From Malacoraja senta (Eukaryota): a stretch of DNA of 64,000 nt. The stretch is taken from contig CM075999.1 of assembly GCA_038087875.1 (NCBI GenBank), positions 2,296,001 to 2,360,000 on the forward strand, read 5' to 3'. The position numbers were made by a program, and so were the translations under genes. Positions 10,788-24,315 of the stretch are shown here, piece by piece (within the stretch, counting starts at the first letter, position 1; the number at the start of each line of letters is the position of its first letter). The notes beneath the pieces are model-generated. The model was given only the letters and a program-made list of their open reading frames with translations, was not told the origin of the DNA and made no database searches.

Positions 10788-12190
10788 ACTGTAGAGTATA
10801 GTTGTCAGCATTGTGGCGCGCCAGTTCCAGAGACAAAAGTCCAATGTCCGCAATGGGGTAGAGGTGAATCGGACAGTACCCAGGCTTATGGAAGGGCCGT
10901 TCAGAAGCCTGATTACAGAGGGGAAGAAGCTGTTCCTGAGTCTGGTGGTGCGCGCTTCAAACTCATGTACAATAGAGGGGATTGACAGATTGTTGATTAG
11001 TGCGGGTGTCAGGGGTGATGGGGAGAAGGCAGGAGAATGGGGTTGAGAGGGAGAGATAGATCAGCCGTGATTAGACAATAGACAATAGACAATAGGTGCA
11101 GAGGTAGGCCATTCGGCCCTTCGAGCCAGCACCACCATTCAATGTGATCATGGCTGATCATCCCCAATCAGTACCCCGTTCCTGCCTTCTCCCCATATCC
11201 CCTGACTCCGCTATCTTTAAGAGCCCTATCTAGCTCTCTCTTGAAAGCATCCAGAGAACCTGCCTCCACCACCCTCTGAGGCAGAGGATTAAATGGCGGA
11301 GTAGACGCGATGGGTCGAATGGCCTAATCCTGCCCCTATCACTTTTGAAGATGAACTTGTGAGCTTGCGAATAGATAGATCAAGGGGGAGGATGAAGAGT
11401 GTGGGATATTTGTTGGCTCCGAGCGTTTATGGTGAAACCTACTTTGAACGGGATACAAATCTACGGCACTGCTCAACTCCAATGGTGGGTGCGCAAATAC
11501 CATCTCTTATCGTGAACAGACTCGTGTTATGCGGGTCTGGCTTCAATGTCTTGAACTTCACAATCAAAGCGTACCTCCGAGTTAATCATTCGCCGAACTT
11601 CAGAACGCTGGCTTGCTTCCCTGAGATCCTCGGCTGCCTTTGATCGACTGCGGTGGGTAACATCACAGATGCATGGGCTCGGCTCGTGTGTGAACTATCT
11701 CTGCTTTAAGTAGCGGCTTCTTGTGGAACGTGTGGATCTTTTGAAAGACGGCAGGATCAGAACCGCCAACCCCCCCACCGCCTTGATGCACTTTCGCTTC
11801 TAATGCGCTTCTGAGTTCAAAAGTTGACACCTCAGATCAATAGAAGCACGGGAACCTCACACCAAGGCTGTCAACTGACGTGATAGACGTGACATTAAAC
11901 TATTCCTATTTAAAATTCAGCTATTTTAAACAAAGCTACAAGTGAGCTAATCTGCATGTCTGGGCGTTTTGCGAGGAAATGCCACCTTCTGTGTAGAATT
12001 TGTGTTTGATGGATTCATACATAATGTTAAAGAAGTCATATTGAATAATCTCGATATTCAGTTCGAGCAACAGCTCCCTGGAAAATCATCTTGCATCCGT
12101 TTACACGGACCTGGGATGAAAGGATTGCCTGATTCTACCCGACCTGCTTATTGGAGCGCCCCGCACATCACAAAATCTTTGCAAATCTGT

Positions 12191-12520
12191 GGCGGCACGG
12201 AGGCGCAGCGGGTGGAGCCGCTGCCTCACGGCGCCACGGACCCGGGTTCGATCCCGACCTCGGGTGCTGTCTGTGTGGGGTTTGCACGTTTCTCCCCGTG
12301 ATGGCGTGGGGTCTCCCACCCACGCGGGAGCTCCGGTTTCCTCCCGCGATCCAAAGAGGTGAGGGTTTGGAGGCTAATTGGCTCTCTGTGAATTCCTCCT
12401 AGTGTGCAGGGAGTGGATGGCGAGGTGGGATGAAATGGAACTCGTGTTCACGGGTGATCGATGGTCGGCGCAGACCCGGTGGGCCGAAGGGCCTGTTTCC
12501 GTGCTGTATCTCTAAGCTAG
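12191..12520 (+). mobile_element. V-SINE (HE1-like, divergent subfamily)
   Basis: tRNA-like head with B box ggttcgatcc, V-domain and CR1-like tail. Confidence 0.85.
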
Positions 12521-12529
12521 AATGGACCA

Positions 12530-12935
12530 TAAGGTCATAAGGAATAGGAGTACAATTAGGCCATTCGGCCCATCAGGTCTACTCCGCCATTCAATCACGG
12601 CTGATCTATCTATCCCTCTCAACCCCATTCTCCTGCCTTCTCCCCATAACCTCTGACACCCGTACTAATCAATAATCTATCTGTCTCTGCCTTAAAAATA
12701 TCCACTGACTTGTCCTTCACAGCCTTCTGTGGCAAAGAATTCCACAGATTCACCACCCTCTGACTAAAGAAATTCCACCTCATCTCCTTCCTAAAAGAAC
12801 ATCCTTTAATTCTGAGAATATGGCCTTTGGCCCTAGACTCTCCCACCAGTGGAAACATCCTCTCCACATCCACTCTATCCAGGCCTTTCACTATTCGGTA
12901 GGTTTCAATGAGGTGCCCCCTCATCCTTCTAAACT
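12530..12935 (-). mobile_element. CR1 LINE 3' fragment
   Basis: ORF2 C-terminal peptide RGHLIETYRIVKGLDRVD...WNSLPQ. Confidence 0.9.
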
Positions 12936-13874
12936 CATTTAAAAATCTCTAAATTCCTTGCGTGTTCATTAAAAGCTCTCCTCCTTGACGAGGAATACAA
13001 AGGGCTTGTTTTCAGGGTTTTATAAGCTTTTTACACTTTAAGTAAATATCCTCTCATATCGTGCAGGAAGGAACTGTAGATGCTGGTTTAAACTGAAGAA
13101 AGATACAAAAAGCTGGAGTAACTCAGCGGGTCAGACAACATCTCTGGAGAAAAGCAATAGGTGACATTTCGGGTCTGAAGGAGGGTCCCTGAAAAGTAAC
13201 CTATTCCTTTTCTCCAGAGACGCTCTCTGACCGACTGAGTTACTCCAGCTTTTTGTACCCTCTCATGTTATAGTCATTGGGACACAAGCAATGCTGGCCT
13301 ATTGACTGGAAAAGGGTCCCAACCCGAAACATAGGCGCAGCGGTGCCTCACAGCGCCAGAGACCCGGGTTCGATCCTGACTACGGTGCTGTCTGTACGGA
13401 GTTTGCACGTTCTCCCGATGACTGCTTGGGTTCCTCTGGATGCTCCGGTTTCCTCCCACACTCCAAAGACGTACAGGTTTGTAGGTTAATTGGCTTGGTA
13501 TAAAAAAAGATGTCCCTATTGTAGGACAGTGTTAATGAACGGGAATCACTGGCTGGCGCAGGCTCGGTGGGCCGAAGGGCCTGTTTCCGCTCTGTATCTC
13601 TAAACTGAACTAAACTGAGTCATCCATCCATTTCCTCCGCAGATGCTGCCTGGCCCGCTGAATTCCTCCACCACTTTTTGGTATTCCCTTTGTTCTTTGT
13701 ACAAACTGTAATTGGCTGCATCCTCAGAGATCAATGCAGAGTTGATTACAAACTGTTCATGTTCTTCTTTTGCCATCCACTTGAATTGCCATCAACGCAC
13801 CGATTATTTTGCCTTGCGCTCTGGTGTGACACATCATCCTCTGTAGTTTCCTTCAACCTAGTGCTTACTTTTGT

Positions 13875-14440
13875 ACAGTGCAGAAAGGAACTGCAAGCAC
13901 TGGTCTAAACCGAAGATGGACACCAAATGCTGGAGTAACTCAGCGGGACAGGCAGCGTCTCTGGAGAAAAGGAATAGGTGGTGTTTTGGGTCGAGACCGT
14001 TCTTCAGACTGAGAGTCAGCGGAGAGGGAAACGAGAGGTATCGACGGTGATGTAGAGAGATATAGATTAAATGAATGAAAGATATGCAAAGAAGTAAGGA
14101 TGATAAAGGAGACAGGCTGGTAAGCTGTGGGCTAGGTGAAAACGAGTTACAGACAATGAGACTCAACAAGATGACTTTGAACCTAGTACAACTATGGGTG
14201 GGGGAGGGATGGAGAGCGAGGGGAAGCAAGGGTTACTTGAAGTTTGAGAAAGCAATGTTCATACCGCTGGGGTGTAAGCTGCCCAAGCGAAATATGAGGT
14301 GCTGCTCCTCCAATTTGCATTTGGCTTCACTCTGACAATGGAGGAGGCCCAGGACAGAATGGTCAGAGCGAGAATGGGAGGGGGAGTTGAAGCGTTTGGC
14401 AACCGGGAGATCAGGTAGGCCCAGGGGGACTGAGCGGACC
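13875..14440 (-). mobile_element. Penelope-like element 3' end (GIY-YIG C-terminus, 3'UTR, degenerate hammerhead)
   Basis: Peptide DLPVAKRFNSPSHS...KLEEQHLIFRLGSLHPSGMNIAFSNFK followed by the hammerhead-bearing terminus. Confidence 0.85.
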
Positions 14441-15199
14441 TTTGACAAGTTCCCGGTGAGATATTCTGTTTTAAGTTCCTTCTGGCATAGTGATGCTTTC
14501 TTGAGGCTGAAACCTAATCTGTCTTTAATAAAAACAGAAGGTCTCGGCTGGTTGTGAAGAGTCACAGAAACTCACAAGTTGATTCTGGAAAGTACATTTT
14601 AAAATTGAAATACTCGAGGACCAAGACACAGAAATAATTGTGAACATGGAAGGTGGGGGGGGGGGTAGGGCAGAGACACAAAGCGCTGGGGTAACTCAGC
14701 GGCTCAAGCAGCATCTCTGGAGAGAAGGAATGGATGACGTTTCCCAGGTCGAGACCACCTTCCGACTCTTCTTCTGGAGAAGGGTCTCGACCCAAAACGT
14801 CACCTATTCCTTTTCTCCAGAGATGCTGCCTGACCCGCTGAGTTACTCCAGCATTCTGTGTCTGCCTCCTTTCCACTTTGTCCATCTCACCTTAAAGCTC
14901 AGCCCTCCAGTCTGAGACATTTCCACCTGGGAGAAAGATTCTGGCTGCTGACCCGATGTACACCTCTCATAACTTTATATATTTCTACCAGGTCTCCTCA
15001 CATCCTCCAGAAAATGAATGACTGAATGAATGAATAAGTTTATTGGCCAAGTATTCACATACAAGGAATTTGCCTTGGTGCTCCGCCCGCAAGTGGCAAC
15101 ACGACATGCAGTGACAGTTAGGAATGACACACAAAACATTAAACATTAATAATAAAACATTTATAATAAAATGGGGTACATTCCCAATAAACATTGAGA

Positions 15200-15702
15200 T
15201 TTGCATCGTGGCTTGGTTCGGCAACTTGAGCGCCCAGGAGCGGAAAAGACTACAAAAAGTAGTAAACACTGCCCAGTCCGTCATCGGCTCTGACCTCCCT
15301 TCCATCGAGGGGATCTATCACAGTCGCTGCCTCAAAAAGGCTGGCAGCATCATCAAGGACCCACACCATCCTGGCCACACACTCATCTCCCCGCTACCTT
15401 CAGGTAGAAGGTACAGGAGCCTGAAGACTGCAACGTCCAGGTTCAGAAATAGCTCCTTCCCCACAGCCATCAGGCTATTGAACTCAACTCAAACAAATCT
15501 CTGAACATTAATAGACCATTATCTGTTTATTTGAACTTTATCTGCCTATTTATTGATTAGTGTATATATTTATATAATTGTGTATGGACACACTGATCTG
15601 TTCTGTATTCGTGTCTACTATATTCTGTTGTGCTGATGCAAAGCAAGAATTTCATTGTCCTATCTGGGACACATGACAATAAACTCTCTTCACTTGACTT
15701 GA
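15200..15702 (+). mobile_element. Rex1/Babar-type LINE 3' fragment
   Basis: Peptide CIVAWFGN...HPGHTLISPLPSGRRYRS and tail gacaataaactctctt. Confidence 0.78.
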
Positions 15703-15859
15703 TTTTGTGGAAACCAAAATATTTCCTTAAGGTAGAGAAATTATTTTTTTTACAATTAATTTTTCTGTAACAAAACAACAATTGTATTAAAATTTTAAAT
15801 TGAATCTATTCATCATTAGAAATTTCTCAACTTGGAAATTCTCCAGAGAGCTTTTGACG

Positions 15860-16147
15860 TTAGACTTTGGAGATACAGCACGGAAACAGGTCCTTCAGCC
15901 CACTGAGTCCGCGCCGATCAGCGAACATCCTATACACTAGCACTAACGTACACACTAGGAACAATTTACAATTATACCAGAGCCAATTAACGCCTTTGGA
16001 GTGTGGGAGGGAACCAGAGCACCCGGAGAAAACCCACGCGGTCACGGGGAGAACGTACAAACTCCACACAGAGAGCACCCGTAGTTAGGATCGAGCCTGG
16101 GTCTCTAATTCTGTCAGGCAGCAACTCTTCTGCTGCACTGCAATGTC
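15860..16147 (-). mobile_element. V-SINE (HE1-like)
   Basis: Reverse complement of the SINE consensus. Confidence 0.85.
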
Positions 16148-16621
16148 ACCATAATGTTCAATATTACTGAGATACAAAACAGCCCTAAAATTCGCACATG
16201 CTGTTTTTGTTTATGAAGGAATATTTACAATCTAATTAATTAATTAATGGTTTTAATTGATTTTAGTTGACTGGTTAATTTCATTTTTTACTTGAAATCC
16301 AAATTGCAAAATGTAACTGCCTTGAAATTCATCCCCCAGTCAGTTGCCATAAGCTTCGAATATAATTGCCTTGGCAAAATGTACACTGTAGATTCACCCG
16401 AAGGCCATGGAGGCCAAGTCAATAGATATTTTTAAGGCAGAGACAGGGAGATTGTTGATTAGTACGGGTGTCAGGAGTTATGGGGTTGAGAGGGAAAGAT
16501 AGATCAGCCATGATTGAATGGCGGAGTAGACTCGATGGGCCGAATGGCCTAATTCTGCTCCTATCACTTATGACCTTATTGCTTCTGAAGTTTGGTTGTA
16601 TTAGTTTTAAAATCGACAAAG

Positions 16622-18369
16622 AATAACCATATAACCATATAACCATATAACCATTACAGCACGGAAACAGGCCATCTCGGCCCTTCAAGTCCGTGCCCAA
16701 CACTTTTTTTTTTTTTCCCCTTCCCTTCTTTCTTCTTACTTCCCCCTAGTCCCATCTACCTGCACCACACAGCTACCACTCTCTGAGTAAAGAAGTTACC
16801 CCCAATGTTACCCCTAAACATCTGTCCCTTAATTCTCAAGTCATGTCCCCTTGTTTGAATCTTCCCTACTCTCAATGGGAAAAGCTTATCCACGTCAACT
16901 CTGTCTAACCCGCTCATCATTTTAAAGACCTCTATCAAGTCCCCTCTTAACCTTCTGTGCTCCAAAGAATAAAGACCTAACTTGTTCAACCTTTCTCTGT
17001 AACTTAGTTGCTGAAACCCAGGCAACATTCTAGTAAATCTCCTCTGTACTCTCTCTATTTTGTTGACATCCTTCCTATAATTAGGCGACCAAAATTGTAC
17101 TCCATACTCCAGAATTGGCCTCACCAATGCCTTGTACAATTTTAACATTACATCCCAACTTCTATATTCAATGCTCTGATTTATAAAGGCCAGCACACCA
17201 AAAGCTTTCTTTACCACCCTAACTACATGAGATTCCACCTTCAGGGAACTATGCACAGTTATTCCTAGATCCCTCTGTTCAACTGCATTCCTCAATTAGC
17301 TACCATTTACCGTGTACGTCCTATTTTGATTTGTCCAGCCGAGATGTAGCACCTCACATTTATCAGCATTAAACTCCATCTGCCATCTTTCAGCCCACTC
17401 TTCCAAATGGCCTAAATCTCTCTGTGGACTTTGAAAATCTACTTCATTATCCACAACACCACCTATCTTGGTATCATCTGCATACTTACTAATCCAATTT
17501 TCCACACCATCATCCAGATCATTGATGTACATGACAAACAACAGTGGACCCAACACAGACCCCTGAGGCACCCCACTAGTCACCGGCCTCCAACCTGACA
17601 AACAGCCATCCACCATTAATCTCTGGCATCTCCCATTCAGCCACTGTTGAATCCATCTTGCTACTCCACCATTAATACCCAACAATTGAATCTTCTTAAC
17701 CAACCTTCCATGCGGAACCTTGTCAAAGGCCTTACTGAAGTCCATATAGACAACATCCACTGCTTTACACTCATCAATTTCCCTAGTAACCTCTTCGAAA
17801 AATTCAAGATTAGTCAAACATGACCTTCCAGACACAAATCCATGTTGACTGTTCCTAATCAGACCCTGCTTATCCAGATGCTTATATATATTATCTCTAA
17901 GTATCCTTTCCATTAATTTGCCCACCACTGATGTCAAACTAACAGGTCTATAATTGCTAGGTTTACTCTTAGAACCCTTTTTAAACAACGGAACAACATG
18001 CGCAGTACGCCAATCCTCCGGCACTATTCCCGTTTCTAATGGCATTTGAAATATTTCTGTCATAGCCCCTGCTATTTCTACACTAACTTCCTTCAATGTC
18101 CTAGGGAATATCCTGTCAGGACTTGGAGACTTATCCGTTTTCATATTTTTCAAAAGTGTCCGCACCTCCTCTTCTTTGAATCTCATAGTTTCCATTGCTA
18201 CTCTGCTTGTTTCCCTTACCTCACATAATTCCATATCCTTCCCCTTGGTGAATACCGAAGAAAAGAAATTGTTCAATATCTCCCCCATCTCTTTTGGCTC
18301 TGCAGATAGCTGTCCACTCTGACTCTCTAATGGACCAATTTCATTCCTTGTTATCCTTTTGCTATTAAT
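16622..18369 (-). mobile_element. 5'-truncated CR1 LINE, degenerate ORF2 reverse transcriptase
   Basis: RT motifs NYRPVSLTS, DFSKAFDKV, GVPQGSVLGP, YADD; in-frame stop near 17296; (TATATGGT)n tail at 16624-16655. Confidence 0.95.
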
Positions 18370-18881
18370 ATAGCAAAAGGATAACAAGGAATAAAATTGG
18401 TCTCGACCCGAAACGTCACCCATTCGTTCTCTCCAGAGATGCTGCCTGTCCCGCTGAGTTACTCCAGCATTTTGTGTCCATCTTGAACGTCTGACTGAGT
18501 ATCCAATGCATCGACATGCCGTGTTGCAGCGTGGAAGCATTGCGCACCTCTGCGCCTAAACCTGTCGCTGAAATCCTCGGCCGAGCTTTTGTTTCGGTTC
18601 CAGGAATTACAGTGCTTCTGGGATCGGCCTCTATTTCCCCATCCTTCGCACTTGAGGACTTCCAAAGTTCCGTGGACCGTGAGGTGACTCAGCCAAACGC
18701 GGTCTAGATTCACCGACCTGCACTGAATTCAATTGGGAAAAGCAAAGCGCTGGAAAAACTCAGCGGGTCAGGCAGCATCTGTGGAGGGGAATGGACCCCC
18801 AAGGTTTGGGTCAAGAGCCTCTTGCTCTGTTGGTTTCTGGACCGGCATGAAACCCTCCTTCTGGTGTTCAGATCCCACCAC

Positions 18882-18999
18882 CAGGGCCGGATTTACGTAT
18901 AAGCTTCATAGGCTGATTGGGAGGGGCCTTACATAGGGGATTGGGAGGGGCCTCACAAGTGGAATAGCCTAGGGCCTCTCTTCATTTAAATCCGCAGTG
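18882..18999. mobile_element. Short hAT (Tip100-like) MITE remnant
   Basis: Termini cagggccggattta ... taaatccgcagtg, imperfect TIR; TSD not evident. Confidence 0.45.
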
Positions 19000-19561
19000 G
19001 AATTCACAAGAATCTGTCAATCTCCGCCTTAAAGTACCCAATGACTTGGCCTCCACAGCCGTCTGTGGCAATGAATTCCACAGATTCACCACCCTCTAGA
19101 GACTAAAGAAATTCCTCCTCATCTCCTTTCTAACGGTACATCCTTTTATTCTCGTGGGCCTCAGGTTTTAGACTCTCCCACTGGTAGAAACATCCTCTCT
19201 CCAGGAGGTGGCAGCTATTCCTTTTCTCTAGGTTACAGAGCGTGTTGGGATGTCCTGGGGCTAAAGTTGGAACAGACAAATGACATTTGCAGAGCACAGG
19301 TCCCTGGCCAAGCTTTCAAGGTCAGGTTCCCCCCGTGACCTGCATGGGTTTTCTCCGAGATCTCCGGTTTCCTCCCACACTCCAATGACATACAGGTTTG
19401 CAGGTTAGAGTCATAGATTCACAGAGTGATACACTGAGGAAACAGGCCCTTCAGCCCATCTCGCCCACACCGGCCAACAATGTCCCAGCAACACTAGTTC
19501 CACATGCCTGCGTTTGGTCCATATCTCTCCAAGCCATGTACCTGTCAAACTGTTTCTTAAA

Positions 19562-19986
19562 TCAAGTCAAGTCAAGAGAGTTAATTGTCATGTGTCCCAG
19601 ATAACACAATGGAATTCTTGCTTCCTGCAGCACAACAGAATATTGAAGGCATAAATACAGAACAGATCAGTGTGTCTATATACCATAGACCATATATATA
19701 CACATAAATAAACAGATAGGTGCAATAGGCTGTTATAGTTCAGAGTTTGTTTGAAGTTGTGTTCAATAGCCTGATGGCTGTGGGGAAGTAGCTATTCCTG
19801 AACCTGGATGTTGCAGATTTCAGGCTCCTGTACCTTCTACCTGAAGGTAGCGGAGAGATGAGTGTGTGGCCAGGATGGTGTGGGTCCTTGATGATGCTGC
19901 CAGCCTTTTTGAGGCAGCGACTGCGATAGATCCCCTCGATGGTGGGGAGGTCAGAGCCGATGATGGACTGGGCAGTGGTCACAACT
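19562..19986 (-). mobile_element. Rex1/Babar-type LINE 3' fragment
   Basis: Same peptide family as 15200-15702 and (GACTT)n tail. Confidence 0.78.
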
Positions 19987-19987
19987 G

Positions 19988-20875
19988 ATGGGATAGTCCC
20001 AGCATCAACTACCTCCTCTGGCAGCTTGTTCCATACACCCACCACCCTTTGTGTGAAAAGGTTACCCCTGGATTCCTATTAAATCTTTTCCCCTTCACCT
20101 TGAACCTATGTCCTCTGGTCCTCGATTCCCCTATTCTGGGCAAGAGACTTAGTGCATCTACCCGATCTATCCCTCTCGTGATTTTGTACACCTCTATAAG
20201 ATCTTCCCTCATCCTCCTGCGCTCCATGGAATAGAGACCCAGCCTACTCAATCTCTCCCTATAGCTCAGACCCTCTAATCCTGGCAACATCCTCGTAAAT
20301 CTTTTCTGAACTCTTTCAAGCTTGACAATATCTTTCCTATAACATGGTGCCCAGAACAGGACACAATATTCTAAATGCGGTCTCACCAACGTCTTATGCA
20401 ACTGCAACATGACCTCCCAACTTCTATACTCAATACTCTGACTGATGTAGGCCAAAGTGCCAAAAGCCTTATCTACCTGCGACTCGACCTTCAAGGAACC
20501 ATGCACCTGTACTCCTAGATCCCTCTGCTCTACAACACTACCCAGAGTCCTCCCATTTACTGTGTAGGTCCGGCCCTTGTTCGACGTCCCAAAATGCAAC
20601 ACCTCACACTTCTTCGTATTAATTTCCATCAACCATTCCTCCGCCCACCTGGCCAATCGATCCAGATCCTGCTGCAATCTTTCACAACCATCTTCGCCAT
20701 CTGCAAAACCATTAAAGTCTGAAGAAGGGTCTCGACCCGAAATGTCACCTATTCCTTCGCTCCATAGATGCTGCCTCACCCGCTGAGTTTCTCCAGCATT
20801 TTTGTCTACCACTAACTTTTGTATCATCGTTGAACTTACAAATCTTGCCCTGTATGTTCTCATGCGAATCATTGC
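19988..20875 (-). mobile_element. CR1 LINE ORF2 fragment, split by a PLE monomer at ~20712-20810
   Basis: Peptides KCEVLHFG and VRPHLEYC; the CR1 sequence resumes after the insert. Confidence 0.9.
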
Positions 20876-21417
20876 TTAATTGGCTTGGTATAAATGTAAA
20901 ATTATCCTTAGTTCGTGCAGGATAGTGTTAGTGTGCGAGGATCGCTTGGCGGACGCGGACTCGGTGGGCCGAAGGGCCTGTTTCCGCGCTGTATCTCTAA
21001 ACTAAACGAAAGGTTTGTGCACGCTAGCCGGATGAAGAGGTCAGTGGGCAAATGCCAATGTGCATTCGGTGGATGTTGAGAGCTTGGGCTTTTCCAAGTT
21101 GCTGATACATCCACAGATGTGGCCAGCCTACAATTGGAAGAGTAATTAGGCCTGCCTGCTGTGTATGGAGTCAAGCAGAATATTGCCAGGCTGCAAGAAT
21201 GACTAATTCGGAACGTTCAAAGCAAATCAATTCATCAAATGCCTCCTGTCTGTAGCACCATAAATAACACGCTCTCAGCCCAGTATATGAGGAATGCCAA
21301 ATGGTTTAAACAGACAGCCTAATGCATCTGTGGGATTATCGTGTTACAGCGGCCGAGACGTTTTATCTTCGACCACAATTTAGCTTTCGTGGCAAAATTG
21401 TTAGGCATTTCATAAAG

Positions 21418-21700
21418 GTAGACACCAAAAGCTGGAGTAACTCAGCGGGTCAGGCAGCATTTCTGGAGTAAAGGAATTGGTGACGTTTCGGGTCGAGGCT
21501 CTTCTTCAGACTGAGAGTCGGGGGAAAGGAATATCACCGTCTATATCTCTCGTTTTCCTCTCCGCTGACTCTCAGTCTGAAGAAGGGTCTCGACCCGAAA
21601 CGTCACCCATTCCTTCTCTCCAGAGATGCTGCCCGTCCCGCTGAGTTACTCCAGCATTCTGTGTCTACCTTCGTTTGAAACCAGGACTGCAGTTCTTTCC
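21418..21700. mobile_element. PLE-derived fold-back element with divergent hammerhead motifs
   Basis: Two inverted copies of the PLE terminus; intact + strand motif at 21577-21604. Direct repeat catttcataaag at 21406-21417 and 22029-22040, with a CR1 piece nested inside. Confidence 0.8.
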
Positions 21701-22097
21701 CGCACTCTCAATAGACAATAGACAATAGGTGCAGGAGTAGGCCATTCGGCCCTTCGAGCCAGCACCGCCATTCAATGTGATCATGGCTGATCATCCCCAA
21801 TCAGTACCCCGTTCCTGCCTTCTCCCCATATCCCCTGACTCCGCAATCTTTAAGAGCCCTATCTAGCTCTCTTGAAAGCATCCAGAGAACCTGCCTCCAC
21901 CGCCCTCTGAGGCAGAGAATTCCACAGACTCACCACTCTCTGTGAGAAAAAGTGTTTCCTCGTCTCCGTTCTAAATGGCTTACTCCTTATTGTTAAAAGT
22001 CTTAAAATTCTTAAAATTCTCTCCTAGACATTTCATAAAGCCTGCAAAGGGACATGGTTTGGGCTGCAATGATGTGAATTGATGTGAAAAACTGAAG

Positions 22098-22430
<333 letters not shown>

Positions 22431-22870
22431 GTGCCAAGTGTGGAAGATTTTATTATACACAGTGGCAGAGGTGGGGCTGCTACCAGAGTGATGACAGGTG
22501 TATGAACCAAGATCACTGCTCAGACCCCAGCTGTTTTTGCCGTGACGACTCTTGACATAGCGCTGTTGCCACCACCCATCACCTGATGTTGTCACATACC
22601 GCAGGAAAACACTGCCTTCGGCCCCATTAATCGCACTGCCTGGTCGGCACGAGGCAGATTAATAGCCAAGAGGAACAAAGGAAGGGGGGGGGGAGGGGAG
22701 GGGGGGTGGGGAGGCAGAACAAAGAGAGGAGCAAATAGCAAACGAGTGACGGAATGACTCTTGGCATTCCTGGCGGTGTTGTTCAAAGTAGGAAAAGTAG
22801 CAGCGAGACTTCGAAATAACTGGAGTAAAAAAAACAACAGCTGGGAAATTGGTTAAGAGTCACAGAGTGA

Positions 22871-23178
22871 TGGGGCTGTCCCACTGTACGAGTTCATTCA
22901 AGAGTTCTCCCGAGTTTCCCCTGATTCGAACTCGGAGAATTACGGGTAATGGCCGCTCGTGGGTACTCGGGGCTCTCGTGGACATGAAAAATCCTCACGA
23001 GTCTTCCCGAGATTACCGCGTTTCCCGAGTACCTGCCGTTAGCATCACGAGCCGCTAAGAGACGTCCCCGAGCTCCGACGTACCCGCTACGTATATTCTA
23101 CGTGCTTACCACGAGTTTGATTTTTTTTTTTAAACTCGGGAGAGGTCTTGGGTGAACTCGTACAGTGGGACAGGGCGA
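22871..23178. mobile_element. PIF/Harbinger-type MITE, family B
   Basis: TIRs gctgtcccactgtacgagttca / tgaactcgtacagtgggacag; 3-bp TSD tga at 22868-22870 and 23179-23181. Confidence 0.8.
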
Positions 23179-24012
23179 TGATGCAGCCCTGTCCCACAGC
23201 CGAAGGGCCCCTATCCCTCCAAACCAGTTTTCATACAGTTTATGTGGGAAAGAACTGCTGATGCTGATTTAAATCGAAGATAGACACAAAATGCTGGGCA
23301 AAATGCCCCAGCGGGACAGGCAGCATCTATGGAGAGAAGGAATGGGTGACGTTTCGGTCGAGACCCTTCTTTCCTACAGTTTGGTTTCGAGGTACAGCGC
23401 AGAAACAGGCCTTTCAGCCCACCGAGTCCGCGCGACCAGCGATCCCCGCGCGCTGACACTATCCTGCACACACTAGGGACAATTGACAATTATACAAAGC
23501 TAATTTTGGCACATTGTGTCCTTCTTTGTAAACCAACATCTGCAGTTCCTCCTTTCTACATTCGAGGTTAAAGAAAGACTGGGTTAAATTCCACAGCCGA
23601 TGATGTTACTGTAACACAAGCAAGATTTCCTTTGGTGAATTCAGGCAGTCGATGCCAGTGGGAAACCCTGAACCGTCACCTATCCATGTTCTCCATAGAT
23701 GCTGCCTGACCCGCTGAGTTACTCCAGCACTCTGTGAAACGTCACCTATCCATTGTTCTCCCACAGATGCTGCCTGACCCGCTGAGTTACTCCGGCACAG
23801 TGTACTTCTGTGCTTTGTAAGCTATACGGAACCACATCTATAAATGATAAGGTAGACCAAAATGCCTGGAATTCAGCGGGTGCGGCAGCATCTATGGAGC
23901 GAAGGAAATAGGCAACGTTTCGGCCCGAAACCCTTCCGGGTTTCGGCCGAAACGTTGCCTATTTTCCTTCAGGGTTTTCGGGCCCGAAAGGTTGCCCAAT
24001 TCCTTCGCTCCA

Positions 24013-24315
24013 CAGATGCTGCCTAACCCGCTGAGTTACTCCAGCACTCTGTGAAACGTCACCTATCCATGTTCTCCACAGATGCTGCCTGACCCGCTGA
24101 GTTACTCCAGCACTCTGTGAAACGTCACCTATCCATGTTCTCCACAGATGCTGCCTGACCCGCTGAGTTACTCCAGCACTCTGTGAAACGTCACCTATCC
24201 ATGTTCTCCACAGATGCTGCCTGACCCACTGAGTTACTCCAGCAATCTGTGAAACGTCACCTATCCATGTTCTCCACAGATGCTGCTGACCCACTGAGTT
24301 ACTCCAGCACTCTGT
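24013..24315 (+). repeat. 66-bp tandem array derived from the PLE terminus
   Basis: Unit agatgctgcctgacccgctgagttactccagcactctgtgaaacgtcacctatccatgttctccac, about 4.5 copies. Confidence 0.92.

Noticed and set aside
17296..18540. 414-aa ORF as a novel fusion protein
   Set aside because: The N-terminus is read-through across a PLE tail and the snap-back hairpin into a dead CR1 RT.
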